Source of the DNA: an uncultured Gemmatimonadales bacterium
GTDB taxonomy: Bacteria > Gemmatimonadota > Gemmatimonadetes > Gemmatimonadales > GWC2-71-9
DNA: 64,000 nt
Assembly (NCBI GenBank): GCA_963748815.1
Contig: CAVVKJ010000010.1
Coordinates: 1,056,001-1,120,000 of the forward strand
Direction of reading: 5' to 3'
Position 1 is the stretch's first letter; each line of letters starts with the position of its first letter. A program made the translations under genes and the position numbers. A model generated the notes under the pieces. The model was not told the origin of the DNA, made no database searches, and saw nothing but the letters and a program-made list of their open reading frames with translations. Shown here piece after piece: positions 51,964-63,134 of this stretch.

Positions 51964-53052
51964 ATCTGGGTACACCTCGGCAGGCCGGAGCGCAGCCTCG
52001 AGGCGCGTCCAGGCACTGTCGCCCTGCGCCCCTGCCACCACCGGCTGGAGCCGCTCCACGGCGAGCCGGATATCCCCGTCATTCTGCCGGTACCATTCCT
52101 CGAACAGGGCCGAACGGGTCCGGTAGATGCGCGCGGCGATCAGGCGCGCGTTGTTGATCGGTCGATCGGCCATCCGACCGACCTGGATGGTCCGCAATTC
52201 CCCCCCGACCGGCCCCTCCAGCTGTTCCCGCGCCCAGCGGCCCGCTTCGGCGCGGCCCGCCGCAAGCGCCAGGGAATCGGGGTGCGCCCCGTAGAGCGCA
52301 TCCAGCCTCCCGGCCAGCGAATCGTAGAACTCCCCCAGCACCAACTCGTCGTGCCAGCGATCCGCCGCGCGCCGCGCGTGCGCGCTATCCCCGCGGTCGA
52401 GGAAGAAGGCCTCGGCGGCGCGGTATCCGACCAGCTGGGCAAAGGTTTCGTTGAAGGTCGTGGCGCTCTTCACATAGAGCGTGTTGTGCGCCACCTCGTG
52501 GAACACGAGCGCCGCAATCTCCACCGAGTCGCCGCCCAGCGCGGTCGACAATAACGGATCGTTGAACCACCCCAGCGTGGAGAATGCGCCCGACGGACGC
52601 AGGTAGGTGTCGAGCCCCTTGGCCTCCAGCTCGGCGACAGCCTTCTCCGCCATTTTCGGGTCGAAGAACCCCTTGTACGGAACCCGGCCGACGACGGGAT
52701 ATTTCCACGTCACGGGACAGAGGCAGTCGGGGGGCGAGGCGGAGAGGACGAGCAGCAGCGTGTCGCGGCCGACGTCGGTGTATTGCGTGTAGGTCTTGTC
52801 GGCCTCGAGCCCGAGACCCGCCGCCGCGTCACGCGCGTTCAGCACCAGCTCGAGCTGGCCGCGGACGGCGGGATCGAGGTCGGGATTGCGGAGGACCTTG
52901 GCAATCGGCTTGCGCTCGGTCAGGATCTGGGTTTCCTCCAGTCCCGCCCGCGTCAAGTACCGCACTTCGCTGCTGGCCACGTACGCCGTGCTGAAACCGA
53001 TCATCAGGGCGGCCACGACGGCGACGATCACGCGAACAGGCCTCCAGCGCAT
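51943..53052 (-). CDS. Putative zinc aminopeptidase (DUF2265/Aminopep-like)
   Basis: PVVG.VPYKGFF, AFSTLGWFNDP, FHEVAH, FNETFA. Confidence 0.88.
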   Translation of the reverse strand: MRWRPVRVIVAVVAALMIGFSTAYVASSEVRYLTRAGLEETQILTERKPIAKVLRNPDLDPAVRGQLELVLNARDAAAGLGLEADKTYTQYTDVGRDTLLLVLSASPPDCLCPVTWKYPVVGRVPYKGFFDPKMAEKAVAELEAKGLDTYLRPSGAFSTLGWFNDPLLSTALGGDSVEIAALVFHEVAHNTLYVKSATTFNETFAQLVGYRAAEAFFLDRGDSAHARRAADRWHDELVLGEFYDSLAGRLDALYGAHPDSLALAAGRAEAGRWAREQLEGPVGGELRTIQVGRMADRPINNARLIAARIYRTRSALFEEWYRQNDGDIRLAVERLQPVVAGAQGDSAWTRLEAALRPAEVYPDSVADRP

Positions 53053-53059
53053 GGTGTCC

Positions 53060-53929
53060 TCACGGTGTCAGGCGCACGCCGAACTCGTGGATCGCGGTGC
53101 CGAAGAGGTTCTGCGCCTGGTAGGCGTAGTCGAGCCCGAGTCGGCCGAGCACCACCCCTCCGCCAAAGGTCCACCGCCCCTCGCTGTTCCCCATCGGCGG
53201 CGGACCGTAACCGGCCCGAACCACCAGCCCCGCCCCCTTGAGCACGAGGCCGGCTTCCGCCCCGGCGAGAAACCGGGTCGCCTGGCCGTCCGTCCAGACC
53301 CACTCGATGGTGCCGAGCAGTCGGGTCGTGCCCTGCGGGTCCACGAAATTCAGCGTGTAGCCGAGGTGCGTGGCCGTGGGCAGCCGGACCCCGAGGCCGG
53401 AGAGGTTCTGGTTCCCGATGTTTTCCACGGCGACGGCCAGCGCCATGATGTCGAACACCGCGATGGTAAATCCGGCGCCGGTCGTGAAGGAGCGGTTCAC
53501 CTGGCCGCTGGTGTCGGTGACGGAGACATACCGGCCGGACGCGCCGAGGGCGAGCAGACCGTACCGATAGTCCGCCGCGCCGACCCACGTGACGTTGTCC
53601 ACGTACCCGGAGGTGTCGGGCAGCACCAGGTAGGCGGCGCCGGCGCCGAGGTTGAATTGGCCGGCCCGGAACGCCCCCGCCCCCTGCCAGAGGGTCACGT
53701 CCTGGGGCATCGGACTGTACGCCCCTTCCAGGCTCAGCACCTTGATGGTCGCCAGGCCGGAGGGGTTGATGAAGACGCTGCCCGCGTCCCCCACGAGGGC
53801 GACGCCCGCTCCCGCCATGGCGGCGGAGCGGGTGGAGGCCGGGAGCACGTTGACGATGGAGGAGGGCGCCTGCGCACGGAGCGGCGCGGCGGAGGCCGCG
53901 ACGCTGGCGGCCAGCACGAGGTGCCGCAC
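53060..53929 (-). CDS. PorV/PorQ-like (FadL-related) outer-membrane beta-barrel protein
   Basis: Signal peptide; LP.STRSAAMAGA..AL.GD..SVF.NPSGL; VRAGY, LDYAYQ, H.FGVRL. Confidence 0.7.
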   Translation of the reverse strand: MRHLVLAASVAASAAPLRAQAPSSIVNVLPASTRSAAMAGAGVALVGDAGSVFINPSGLATIKVLSLEGAYSPMPQDVTLWQGAGAFRAGQFNLGAGAAYLVLPDTSGYVDNVTWVGAADYRYGLLALGASGRYVSVTDTSGQVNRSFTTGAGFTIAVFDIMALAVAVENIGNQNLSGLGVRLPTATHLGYTLNFVDPQGTTRLLGTIEWVWTDGQATRFLAGAEAGLVLKGAGLVVRAGYGPPPMGNSEGRWTFGGGVVLGRLGLDYAYQAQNLFGTAIHEFGVRLTP

Positions 53930-53940
53930 CCGGACCGGCC

Positions 53941-55671
53941 TCAGCGAATCCGCACCACGCCGAAGCGAACGCCCCGGTCGTCAGGGAATGCCTCGCCGCT
54001 CTGGCGGGCCAGCACGATGTCGAGGTCTGCGCTGTTGGCGGCCTGCAGGACCCGGAGATGCCGTCCCGAGCCGCCGCGCAAGGTGCCGGAACGGCTGTAC
54101 GAGCCGGTGATGGTGCTGTCGGGGCGCAGCGGGTACGGCCGCGACACCAGGTCGGGGCGCTGGGCGTTCAGCGTGTCGTAGATGTACCGGAAATCCCAGC
54201 TCGTGTACTGCAACCGCGGATCGACGGGGGAGAATCCGGGGAGGTTGTCGAGGTAGTTGGCCAACTGCCAGAGCGGTACCAGCTGGCTCATCGTGGTGCC
54301 GGTGGCGGACTGCACGTTGGCGCTGCCCAGGAGGGTCGTGCCGACCAGCTGTCGCGTGAGGCTCGTCCCCAGGGAGTCGGGGGAATAGTGGTCGGCGAGC
54401 CAGCGCACGAAGAGCCAGTTGGCGCCCCGTTCCTGGAGCGTGCCGGTCGAGCTGCTCGGCGTGATCAGGAAGTGCGCTTCCGGATTGAGCAGGTAGTCGT
54501 TGGCGTTGAGGAGGTCCGGAATCGTGAACTGCACCAGCCGGGACGACGCCGCCCCCTGCCCGGGGCCGTTGCCCAGCAACCGCCCGCCGAGCTCCTCCGC
54601 AAAGTGTGACAGCCCCTCGTTCAGCCAGACCTCTTCGCCGCTCACTCCGGGCCGGGCCAGCACGTGCTGGTTGAAGGAGATCATGTGCTGGAATTCGTGG
54701 ATGAACACCGGGGCGATCTGCTGCTTCACGAACGTCTTGGAGACCGCGCAGCCGCCGGTGGTGTTGGGGACCAGTCCGTAGAAAATCTCCGCCTCGTTGG
54801 ATCCGGGATTGCTCCCGCTGCGGGCCAGCAGGTCGCCGCCGTAGAAGAAGCCGAGGATGATGCTGCCGCCGGTGCAGCTGCCGCTGAGATCGTTCACCGC
54901 GTCGGTGAGGAGGAAAATGACCTTGCCGTTGACGTCGATGTCCGATTCCCGGCCAAACGCGGTGGTGTCGATCTGGTACATGTTCGGCGCCGTGCCGGCC
55001 ACACCGCCGTCGAAGAGCAGGCCCAGGGTGTCGATGTCCTCCTGGATGAACCCGCCGGCGGGGACGACGTCATCGAGGAAGATGGCGCCCTTCGGGCCGA
55101 CATACTTGGCCGTTGCGATCACGGTCTTGAAGGCGGTGCAGGAGGTGTTGCCGCAGACCTTGAACGTGTCCTTGACGCCGACCACCGGCGGGATCGAGAC
55201 CCGGTCGGGCGCCCCCGCGCTGAGCCGGGCTCCCGGCTCCGCCGCGAGGGCCCGCTCCCGCTGCCGGAGCATGGCGTGAAATTCCGCCGCCGTCGCCGGT
55301 TCCTTCCAGGCCTCGAGCAGCGGCGATGCGATCCCCGGCCCACTCGCGGCAGGAACGTTGACACTGCTGCTCACCCGGCCCTGCAGGGCGTAGTCGATCG
55401 TCACGCCACTCGACGTGACCTGACCGGTTGTGGCCAGGGCGGCGATGAGGTATTCGCCACCGGAGGGCCCCGCCCCAGGGAGGCGGAGGCACCCCTCGGA
55501 GCCGGCAGGATTGAGGATCCGGAATTCACCCACATTCATGACCGTGGGCGCCGGTCCCGGGCTGCACGTCAGCGTCGGGACTGATGGGCCGGTGTCCCCA
55601 TCCCCCCCTGAGCAGGCGGCGGCGGTCAGCAGGAGGACGGGAAGGATCCGGCGGCGGTGCAAGGGCTTCAC
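53941..55671 (-). CDS. Lipoprotein zinc metallopeptidase (gluzincin, M30-like)
   Basis: Lipobox AAAC; IHEFQHMISFNQH...WLNEGLSH.AEE; FG.ESDID.NG. Confidence 0.78.
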   Translation of the reverse strand: MKPLHRRRILPVLLLTAAACSGGDGDTGPSVPTLTCSPGPAPTVMNVGEFRILNPAGSEGCLRLPGAGPSGGEYLIAALATTGQVTSSGVTIDYALQGRVSSSVNVPAASGPGIASPLLEAWKEPATAAEFHAMLRQRERALAAEPGARLSAGAPDRVSIPPVVGVKDTFKVCGNTSCTAFKTVIATAKYVGPKGAIFLDDVVPAGGFIQEDIDTLGLLFDGGVAGTAPNMYQIDTTAFGRESDIDVNGKVIFLLTDAVNDLSGSCTGGSIILGFFYGGDLLARSGSNPGSNEAEIFYGLVPNTTGGCAVSKTFVKQQIAPVFIHEFQHMISFNQHVLARPGVSGEEVWLNEGLSHFAEELGGRLLGNGPGQGAASSRLVQFTIPDLLNANDYLLNPEAHFLITPSSSTGTLQERGANWLFVRWLADHYSPDSLGTSLTRQLVGTTLLGSANVQSATGTTMSQLVPLWQLANYLDNLPGFSPVDPRLQYTSWDFRYIYDTLNAQRPDLVSRPYPLRPDSTITGSYSRSGTLRGGSGRHLRVLQAANSADLDIVLARQSGEAFPDDRGVRFGVVRIR

Positions 55672-55738
55672 GGATGCGACTCCGGGGCGGCGTCTCGGGG
55701 AGGGGTCAAGGCTGCAAAATAAGGCGGCGCAACGGCTT

Positions 55739-55767
55739 TTGACAATCATTCGCTCGGCCGATAGGTT
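55739..55767 (+). promoter_or_regulatory. sigma70 promoter upstream of dnaE
   Basis: TTGACA-17 nt-TAGGTT. Confidence 0.65.
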
Positions 55768-55904
55768 CCCTCATTCGACGGGTTTCCGCAGCCGTCCCGC
55801 GTCCGGGGCGAGGGGCCGAGCCCACTTTCAGCACGTCGCCGCACCGACCCGCAGGTGTCCCGCCGGACGCCGACGGCCCCCGGGTCCGGCACGTCCGGCA
55901 GGTC

Positions 55905-58900
55905 ATGGCCTTCGCCCACCTACATACCCACAGCGAATACTCGCTCCTCGACGGCGCCAACCGCCTCGATGCGCTGGTCGACCACGTCCGGGGCATGGGC
56001 ATGGACAGCCTGGCCGTCACCGATCACGGCAACCTCCACGCGGCGTGGTCCTTTTACGAGGCCGCCAAGGCTGCCAAGATCCGCCCCATCCTCGGCTTTG
56101 AGGCGTACCTCGCTTTCGGATCCCGTCGGCAGCGCGAAAAGCCCTCCGGCGCCCCCGCCTTCTACAGCCACCTGGTCCTGCTGGCCCAGAACCGGACCGG
56201 CTACAAGAACCTGATCAAGCTCAGCTCGATCGGCTACACGGAGGGGTTCTACCGCCGGCCCCGCATCGACAAGGAAGTCCTCGAGGCGCATTCCGAGGGA
56301 ATCGTCTGTCTCGCCGCCTGCCTCTCGGGCGAGGTGGCGCTCTGGCTCCGCCAGGGCAACTACGAGGAGGCGCGGCGGAGCGCGGCCTGGTTCGCGAAGA
56401 CCTTCGGACCCGACCGGTTCTGGCTCGAGATCCAGAAGCACGGCATCCCGGAGGAGGACCTGGTCACCGAGGGGATGCTCAAGCTGGGGCACGACCTCGG
56501 CCTCGGGGTGGTCGCGACCAACGACGCCCACTACCTCCGCCGGGAAGACGCCGAGGCGCACGACGTCCTCCTCGCCATCGGGACGGGGTCCGACCTCGAC
56601 GACCCGAAACGGTTCCGCTTCACGGGACAGGAATCGTACGTGAAGTCCGAGAAGGAGATGCGGGCGCTCTTCCCCGACCATCCGGAAACGATCGACAACA
56701 CCCAGCGAGTGGCAGACCTCTGCGAACTCGATTTCGAAAAGCGGTACTTCCTTCCCGAGTTTCCCGCGGCCGGCGGGATACGACACCGACGAACGCCTCC
56801 TCGACCACCTCGCCCGCGAGGGGGCCGCCGAGCGGTACGGCTCGCCGCTGCCGGCGCCGGTGCTGGAACGGCTGGAATACGAGCTCGGCGTCATCAACAC
56901 CGCGGGCTACGCCGGGTACTTCCTGATCGTGCAGGACTTCATCGCCGCGGCGCGCGACCGTGGCATCCCGGTCGGACCGGGCCGTGGCTCCGCCGCCGGC
57001 TCGCTCGTGGCGTACGCCCTCCGCATCACCGACGTGGATCCGCTCCGGTTCGACCTGCTCTTCGAGCGGTTCCTGAACCCGGAACGCGTCTCGATGCCGG
57101 ACATCGACGTGGACTTCTGCTTCGAGCGGCGCGGCGAGGTCATCGAGTACGTCCGCGCAGCGCTACGGGCGGGAGAGCGTGGGGCAGATCGTCACCTTCG
57201 GGACGATGAAGGCGCGCGCGGCGGTCAAGGACGTGGCCCGGGTCCTCAAGATTCCGCCCGGCGAGGCGGACAAGATCACCAAGCTGATCCCGTCCGGCCC
57301 CGGCTTCAACGTGACGATCCCCGAGGCCGTGAAGAAGGTCAGCGAGCTCCGGGATCTGGTGAAGGGCAATCCGGTCTACGAGCGGCTGATGGACCTCAGT
57401 GCCCGGATCGAGGGGGTCTCCCGCCACCTGTCGGTCCACGCCGCCGGCGTCGTCATCGCCCCGGGTCCGCTGCGCCGACTACGTGCCCGGTCTGCACCAC
57501 GCCGACCAAGGGGGCCGGACAGTCGGCGGGCGGCGAGGACGTGATGATCACGCCAGTACGAAATGGGCGCGCTCGAGAAGGTCGGGATGCTCAAGATGGA
57601 CATCCTCGGCCTCAAGACGCTGACGGTGATCCACGACGCGCTGCAGATGATCGGCGTACGACACGGCGCCGCGCCCGACCTCTCCGTCACCACCTACGAC
57701 GACCCGAAGGTGTACGAACTGCTCCGGGACGGCCGCACCGCCGGCGTGTTCCAGTTCGAGTCGGCGCTCGCCACCGAGACGCTGCGCGCCATGCGGTGCG
57801 ACCGCTTCGACGACCTCGTCGCCACCAACGCCCTGCTCCGCCCAGGACCGCTCGACGCCGGCATGCACACGGTGTTCATCAAGCGGAAGCTCGGCCAGGA
57901 GGCGGTCACCTATCCCCACCCGTCGCTCCAGGGCATCCTGGAGCCGACCTACGGCGTCATCACCTACCAGGAACAGGTGATGCGCATCGCGAACGTGCTC
58001 GCCGGGTTCAGCCTGGCCGAAGCCGACGTGCTGCGGAAGGCGGTGGGCAAGAAGGACGAGGCGCTGATCAAGCAGGAGGTCGGGCAGTTCGTGGAGCGCG
58101 CCATGGCGCAGGGGCACCCCCGCCGCCTGGCGGAGGAGCTCGGCGGCGCAGATCGAGACCTTCGGGCGGTACGGCTTCAACAAGTCGCACTCCGTCGCGT
58201 ACTCGGTGCTCTCCTACCAGACGGCCTGGCTCAAGGCGCACTATCCCGCCGAATTCATGGCCGCGCTGCTTCAGCTCGGAAATCGGCAACACCGACAAGG
58301 TGGTGCAGTACATCAACGAGGCCCGCGAGCTGGGGCTGGAAGTGCTGCCGCCGGACGTGAACGAATCGGGGTTCAAGTTCACCGTCGTCGGCGAGAACCG
58401 GCTGCGGTTCGGGCTCGGCGCGGTGCGCAACGTGGGCGCCGGCGTGATCGAATCGATGATCAGCGCCCGGCGCGACGGACCGTTCCACGACCTCTGGGAC
58501 TTCGTCGGGCGGATCGACCTGCGGCTGGGCAACCGCCGCGTGATCGAATCGCTCATCGTGGCCGGCGCCTGCGACGGCCTGGGCGGGCATCGCCGGCAAT
58601 ACCTCGAGGCGCTCGACGCCGCCCTCGGCGAGGCGCAGCTGCGGCAGCAGGAGCGGGAGGCGGGGCAGTCCTCCCTCTTCGGTGAGGTGCTGGCGACCTC
58701 CAAGCCGGCGGGGCACAACCTCCCCGACGTGCCGCCGCTGCCGGAAGCGGACCGGCTGACCCGCGAGAAGGAGGTCATCGGCTTCTTCATCTCCGGTCAC
58801 CCGCTGGAGCGGTTCCGGGCCGAGGTCGAGCTGTTCGGGACGCGGACCACGGCCACCCTGCACGAGTGGAGCGAGCACGAGGTCAGCGTCGCCGCCGTGG

Positions 58901-59394
58901 TCACCGGACTCAAGCGGCAGATCTCCAAGAAGACCGGGAAGGAGTACGCCCGGCTCACCCTGGAGGACTTCCACGGCACCTCGGAGGCGATCGTCTTCCC
59001 CGACGCCTGGGCCAAGCTCAACCAGGTCATCACGGCGGACGCGGCCATTCTGCTGGGCGGCGGCTACAGCGCCCGGGACCGGGGGGAGGACCGGGCGCCC
59101 TTCGTGGTCGAGTCGGCCCGGCCCCTCGCCGAGCTCCGGGAGAGCGGGGCCCTGGGGGTCAGCCTCCGGTGGCGCGCCCCGGACGCCCCCCCGCCCGACG
59201 CCGTCAAGGCCGCCGCGGCCCTCTGCGCGTCGCATCCGGGGCCGGCGCCGGTCTATATTGAATGGAGCGACGGCAACGGCGAGGCCCTCCGGCTTCGCGC
59301 GCGCCGTCTTCGCATTGCCCCCGATGAAGACCTCCTCCGGGCCCTCCGCGAGCTGCTGGGTGCCGGTGCCGTTCACTACGTGAAGGCGGGGTAA
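55905..59394 (+). CDS. dnaE: DNA polymerase III alpha subunit (several frameshifts, probably sequencing errors)
   Basis: [50 protein letters not shown] fold; shifts near 56765, 57158, 57470-57555, 58145, 58270. Confidence 0.95.
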
Positions 59395-59396
59395 CG

Positions 59397-60360
59397 ATGG
59401 CGACGTCCTACACACTCGAATTCGAGAAACCGCTCCAGGAACTCGACCGCCAGATCGAGGAACTCCGCCGTTCGAGCGCCGAACGGGGCACCGACCTGAC
59501 CGACGAGATCACCGCGCTGGAGACCAAGCTCGCCGCCCAGCGCGACGAGATCTACCGCACCCTGACGCCGATCCAGCGGGTGCATGGTGGCCCGGCATTC
59601 GCGCCGGCCCTATACCCTCGACTACCTCAGCACGATCTTCACCGACTTCATCGAGCTGCACGGCGACCGCCTCTTCCGCGACGACCCGGCCATCGTCGGC
59701 GGCTGGGCCCGGCTCGGCGGCCAGAGCGTGATGGTGATCGGGCACCAGAAGGGTCGCGACACCAAGGAAAACCTGCGCCGCAACTTCGGGATGCCCCACC
59801 CGGAGGGGTACCGGAAGGCGCTCCGCCTGATGAAGCTGGCGGCGCGGTTCGGCGCCCCCGTGATCACCCTGATCGACACCGACGGCGCCTACCCCGGCCT
59901 GGGCGCCGAGGAGCGCGGGCAATCGGAGGCGCTGGCGCGCAACATCCTGGAAATGTCGGTGCTGCCCACGCCCATCGTCACCATCGTGATCGGCGACGGC
60001 GGGTCGGGCGGCGCGCTCGCGCTGGGCGTGGCCGACCGGGTCCTGATGCTCGAGAACTCGATCTACTCCGTCATCTCGCCCGAGGGGTGCGCGGCCATCC
60101 TCTGGAAGGACGCCTCGCAGCGCGAGCGCGCCGCGGAGGCGCTCAAGCTCACGGCCGCCGACCTCCTGCGGCTCAAGGTCATCGACGAAATCATCCCGGA
60201 ACCCGCCGGCGGCGCGCACACCGATCACGACGCCACCGGCGAGGCCGTGCGCGAGGCGCTGCTGCGCCACGTCGGGGAGCTCCGGAAGGTGAAGCCCGAG
60301 AAACTGGTCCGCCGTCGCGCCGAGAAGTACGGCGCCATGGGCGCCTACACCGAGGCCTGA
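59397..60360 (+). CDS. accA: Acetyl-CoA carboxylase carboxyltransferase alpha (one frameshift near 59582)
   Basis: [45 protein letters not shown]. Confidence 0.95.
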
Positions 60361-61439
60361 TGCCGCAGACCGTGGAAGTCCGGTTCAAGGGGAACCGGAA
60401 GGGGCTCTTTGACTGGGCGGGCGAGGGCGAGCAGTTGCGCATGCGCGACGCGGTCATCGTCGACGCCGATCGCGGCCAGGACCTCGGCCGGGTCAGCGCC
60501 GTCGGCGAGACCGCCCTCAAGAAGTGTGGCTCGAGCTGCGGCGGGTGCGCGTCGGGCGAGGCGCCGCCCGGCGATCGCCCGCCGGTCCTCCGCGTCGCCT
60601 CGCGCCAGGAGGTGTCGACCCACGAGGAGCTCCGGCGCTCCGAGGAAGACATCCGCCGCGAAATCATCACGCGGGTGCGCGCGCACAATCTCCCGATGAA
60701 AATCAGCGACGCCGAGTGGCAGTGGGACCGGAAGAAGCTGACCGTGTATTTCACCTCGGAAAAGCGGGTGGACTTCCGCAACCTGGTGCGCGAGCTCGCC
60801 GGGCAGTTCAAGACCCGTATCGAGTTGCGCCAGATCGGCGTGCGCGACGAGGCCGCCCGGCTCTCGGGCGTGGGGCGCTGCGGCCGCGAGTACTGCTGCT
60901 CCACCTGGCTGACCGAGCTGTCCCCCGTGAACCTCGGCCTCGCCAAGGACCAGCGCCTGTCGCTGAACCCCTCCCAGATTTCCGGCGGCTGTGGCCGCCT
61001 GCTCTGCTGCCTCAAGTACGAGCACGAATTCTATGTGACGGCGCGGAAGCGCTTCCCCAAGGAAGGCCGGATGGTCGTGACCATCCACGGGCAGGAAAAG
61101 GTGGTGGCGGTCGACCTCATCCGGGAACGGGTCTTCCTCCGCAACGAGGAGGGCCAGCGGATCGTGCCGCTGCTCCAGCTCAAGGAGGAGGTGGAGGCGG
61201 CGGGGGGCGGAACACCCCTCGAACCGGCGGCCCCGGCCACGCGCCCGCCGCGGCCGAGCGCGCCCCGTCCCACCGCCCGCGAGGCCCCCCCGGCTCCCAC
61301 CCCTCCCCCCGCGGCGGAAGCGCCCGCTCCCTCGGCCGACGCGCCGCCCACCCCCGGCCGGTCCAAGCGGCGCCGTCGCGGACGGCGGCGCCGGGGTGGC
61401 GGCGGTTCCGGCTCGCCGCCGCAGAGCGACGGAGGCTGA
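60360..61439 (+). CDS. ricT: PSP1-domain protein, RicT/YaaT family, with low-complexity Pro/Arg tail
   Basis: RVDFR.LVRELA, RIELRQIGVRDEA, GRCGREYCC, ISGGCGRLLCCLKYE. Confidence 0.9.
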   Translation: MPQTVEVRFKGNRKGLFDWAGEGEQLRMRDAVIVDADRGQDLGRVSAVGETALKKCGSSCGGCASGEAPPGDRPPVLRVASRQEVSTHEELRRSEEDIRREIITRVRAHNLPMKISDAEWQWDRKKLTVYFTSEKRVDFRNLVRELAGQFKTRIELRQIGVRDEAARLSGVGRCGREYCCSTWLTELSPVNLGLAKDQRLSLNPSQISGGCGRLLCCLKYEHEFYVTARKRFPKEGRMVVTIHGQEKVVAVDLIRERVFLRNEEGQRIVPLLQLKEEVEAAGGGTPLEPAAPATRPPRPSAPRPTAREAPPAPTPPPAAEAPAPSADAPPTPGRSKRRRRGRRRRGGGGSGSPPQSDGG

Positions 61440-62967
61440 GTGGCGCCGTTCTACATCACCACCGCCATCGACTACGCCAACGGCGATCCCGCACCTCGGG
61501 CACGCCTACGAGAAGATCGGCGCCGACGCCATCGCACGGTATCACCGGCTCCGTGGCGACGACGTCTGGTTCCTGATCGGCATGGACGAGCACGGGCAGA
61601 AGGTGGCGCAGGCGGCGGCGGCGGAAGCGCTGACCCCGCAGGCGCTGGTCGACCGGGTGGCCGGGCGCTTCGAGGCGATGTGGGCGCGGCTCGGCCTCTC
61701 CCACGACCAGTTCATCCGCACGACCGCCGAGGCGCACAAGGCGGGCGTGGTGGAATTGATCGAGCGGATCTTCGAGAAGAACCCCGACGACTTCTATGAG
61801 CAGTCCTACCGCGGGCGCTATTGCGTCGGGTGCGAGGCGTTCAAGCAGGACAATGAAATCACGGATGACCGCTGCGCGCTGCATCCCACCCGGACGCTCG
61901 AATGGGTGGAGGAGCGCAACTGGTTCTTCCGGCTCTCGCGGTACCGCGACTTCCTGCTCGAGCTGATCGAAGGGGATCGGAACTTCGTGCAGCCGGAGAG
62001 CCGCCGCAACGAGATTCTCTCCCTGCTTCGGCAGGGGCTCGACGACATCTCCGCGAGCCGCTCCCGGTTCACCTGGGGCGTCCCCTTTCCCCGGCTCACC
62101 AGCCAGGGGGAGCAGCAGACCACCTACGTCTGGTTCGACGCCCTCCCGAACTACTGGACCGCCACCCGCGCCCCCGGCTCTCATGCTGCGTGGCCGGCGC
62201 AATTGCACGTGATCGGCAAGGACATCACCCGCTTCCACTGCGTCATCTGGCCCGCGATGCTGCGGGCGGCGGACCTCCCGCTGCCGAAGCAGGTGTGGGC
62301 CCACGGCTTCGTCTATTTCCGGGGCGAGCGTTTCAGCAAGAGCGCGGGTACCAAGCTGGACCTCGGCGAGGCAATCGACCGGTTCGGACCGGACGCCTTC
62401 CGGTATTTCCTGTTGCGGGAGATTCCCTGGGACAGCGACGGCAACTTCACCTGGGACCGGTTCGTGGATCTCTATACCGCGGACCTCGCCGACGGACTGG
62501 GCAACCTCGCCAGCCGTTCGCTCGCGATGCTGGCCAAGTATCGGGACGGTCGGGTACCGGAGGCGGCGGAGACGTCGCTCGATCAGGCTGGAGCCGAGGC
62601 GACCCAGGCGTATGAACAGGCAATGGAGTGCAATGATTTGCGCGGTGCGGCGGAGGCGGCGTGGCGGATCGTTACGGCAGCAAACCAGTACATCGTGCAG
62701 ACTGCCCCCTGGGTGCTGGCCAAGGAAGGCCGGAATGATGAGTTGGACGCCGCCCTGGCCTCGCTGGCGCGGTGCCTCTACCGGCTGGCCGTCCTGACGA
62801 GCCCGCTGATGCCGGGGAAGGCAGAGGAACTCTGGGCCGTCCTGGGACAGGTGGGGGCGGCCGCGACCGCCCGCTGGGCCAGCCTTGCGGCCCCGCCGGT
62901 CACCGGCTCGGCCACCCGGAAGCCGGAGGGCCTCTTTCCACGCCCGGAACCAACCGTAACAAGCTAG
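61440..62967 (+). CDS. metG: Methionine--tRNA ligase, short form (one frameshift near 61488)
   Basis: FYITTAIDYANG.PHLGH, DEHGQK, YVWFDAL, IGKDI..FH, FSKS. Confidence 0.95.
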
Positions 62968-62999
62968 AGCACAATCACTTACGCCAATAATCCTGCACC

Positions 63000-63028
63000 T
63001 TGACATCCCCTGTACCGGGGGCCATTTT
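63000..63028 (+). promoter_or_regulatory. sigma70 promoter upstream of the M23 gene
   Basis: TTGACA-17 nt-CATTTT. Confidence 0.55.
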
Positions 63029-63134
63029 TCATGCTTGTGAACCACATGGTCGCCAAGACCGGTGGAGAGGGCTGGGCGGCCCGTGGATTGCGTTAAGGAC
63101 CGGCCCCCGGACAAACCGTGCAAAGGTTGGTGGA

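Noticed and set aside
61200..61439. Pro/Ala/Arg-rich tail of RicT as a separate element
   Set aside because: In-frame low-complexity disordered tail with no nucleotide periodicity.
55905..62967. Frameshifts in dnaE, accA and metG as pseudogenes or programmed frameshifting
   Set aside because: These are essential genes with intact motifs on both sides of each break. Each break is fixed by deleting one base (e.g. CCCGCAC to CCGCAC) and there is no slippery-site pattern, so consensus insertion errors are far more likely.
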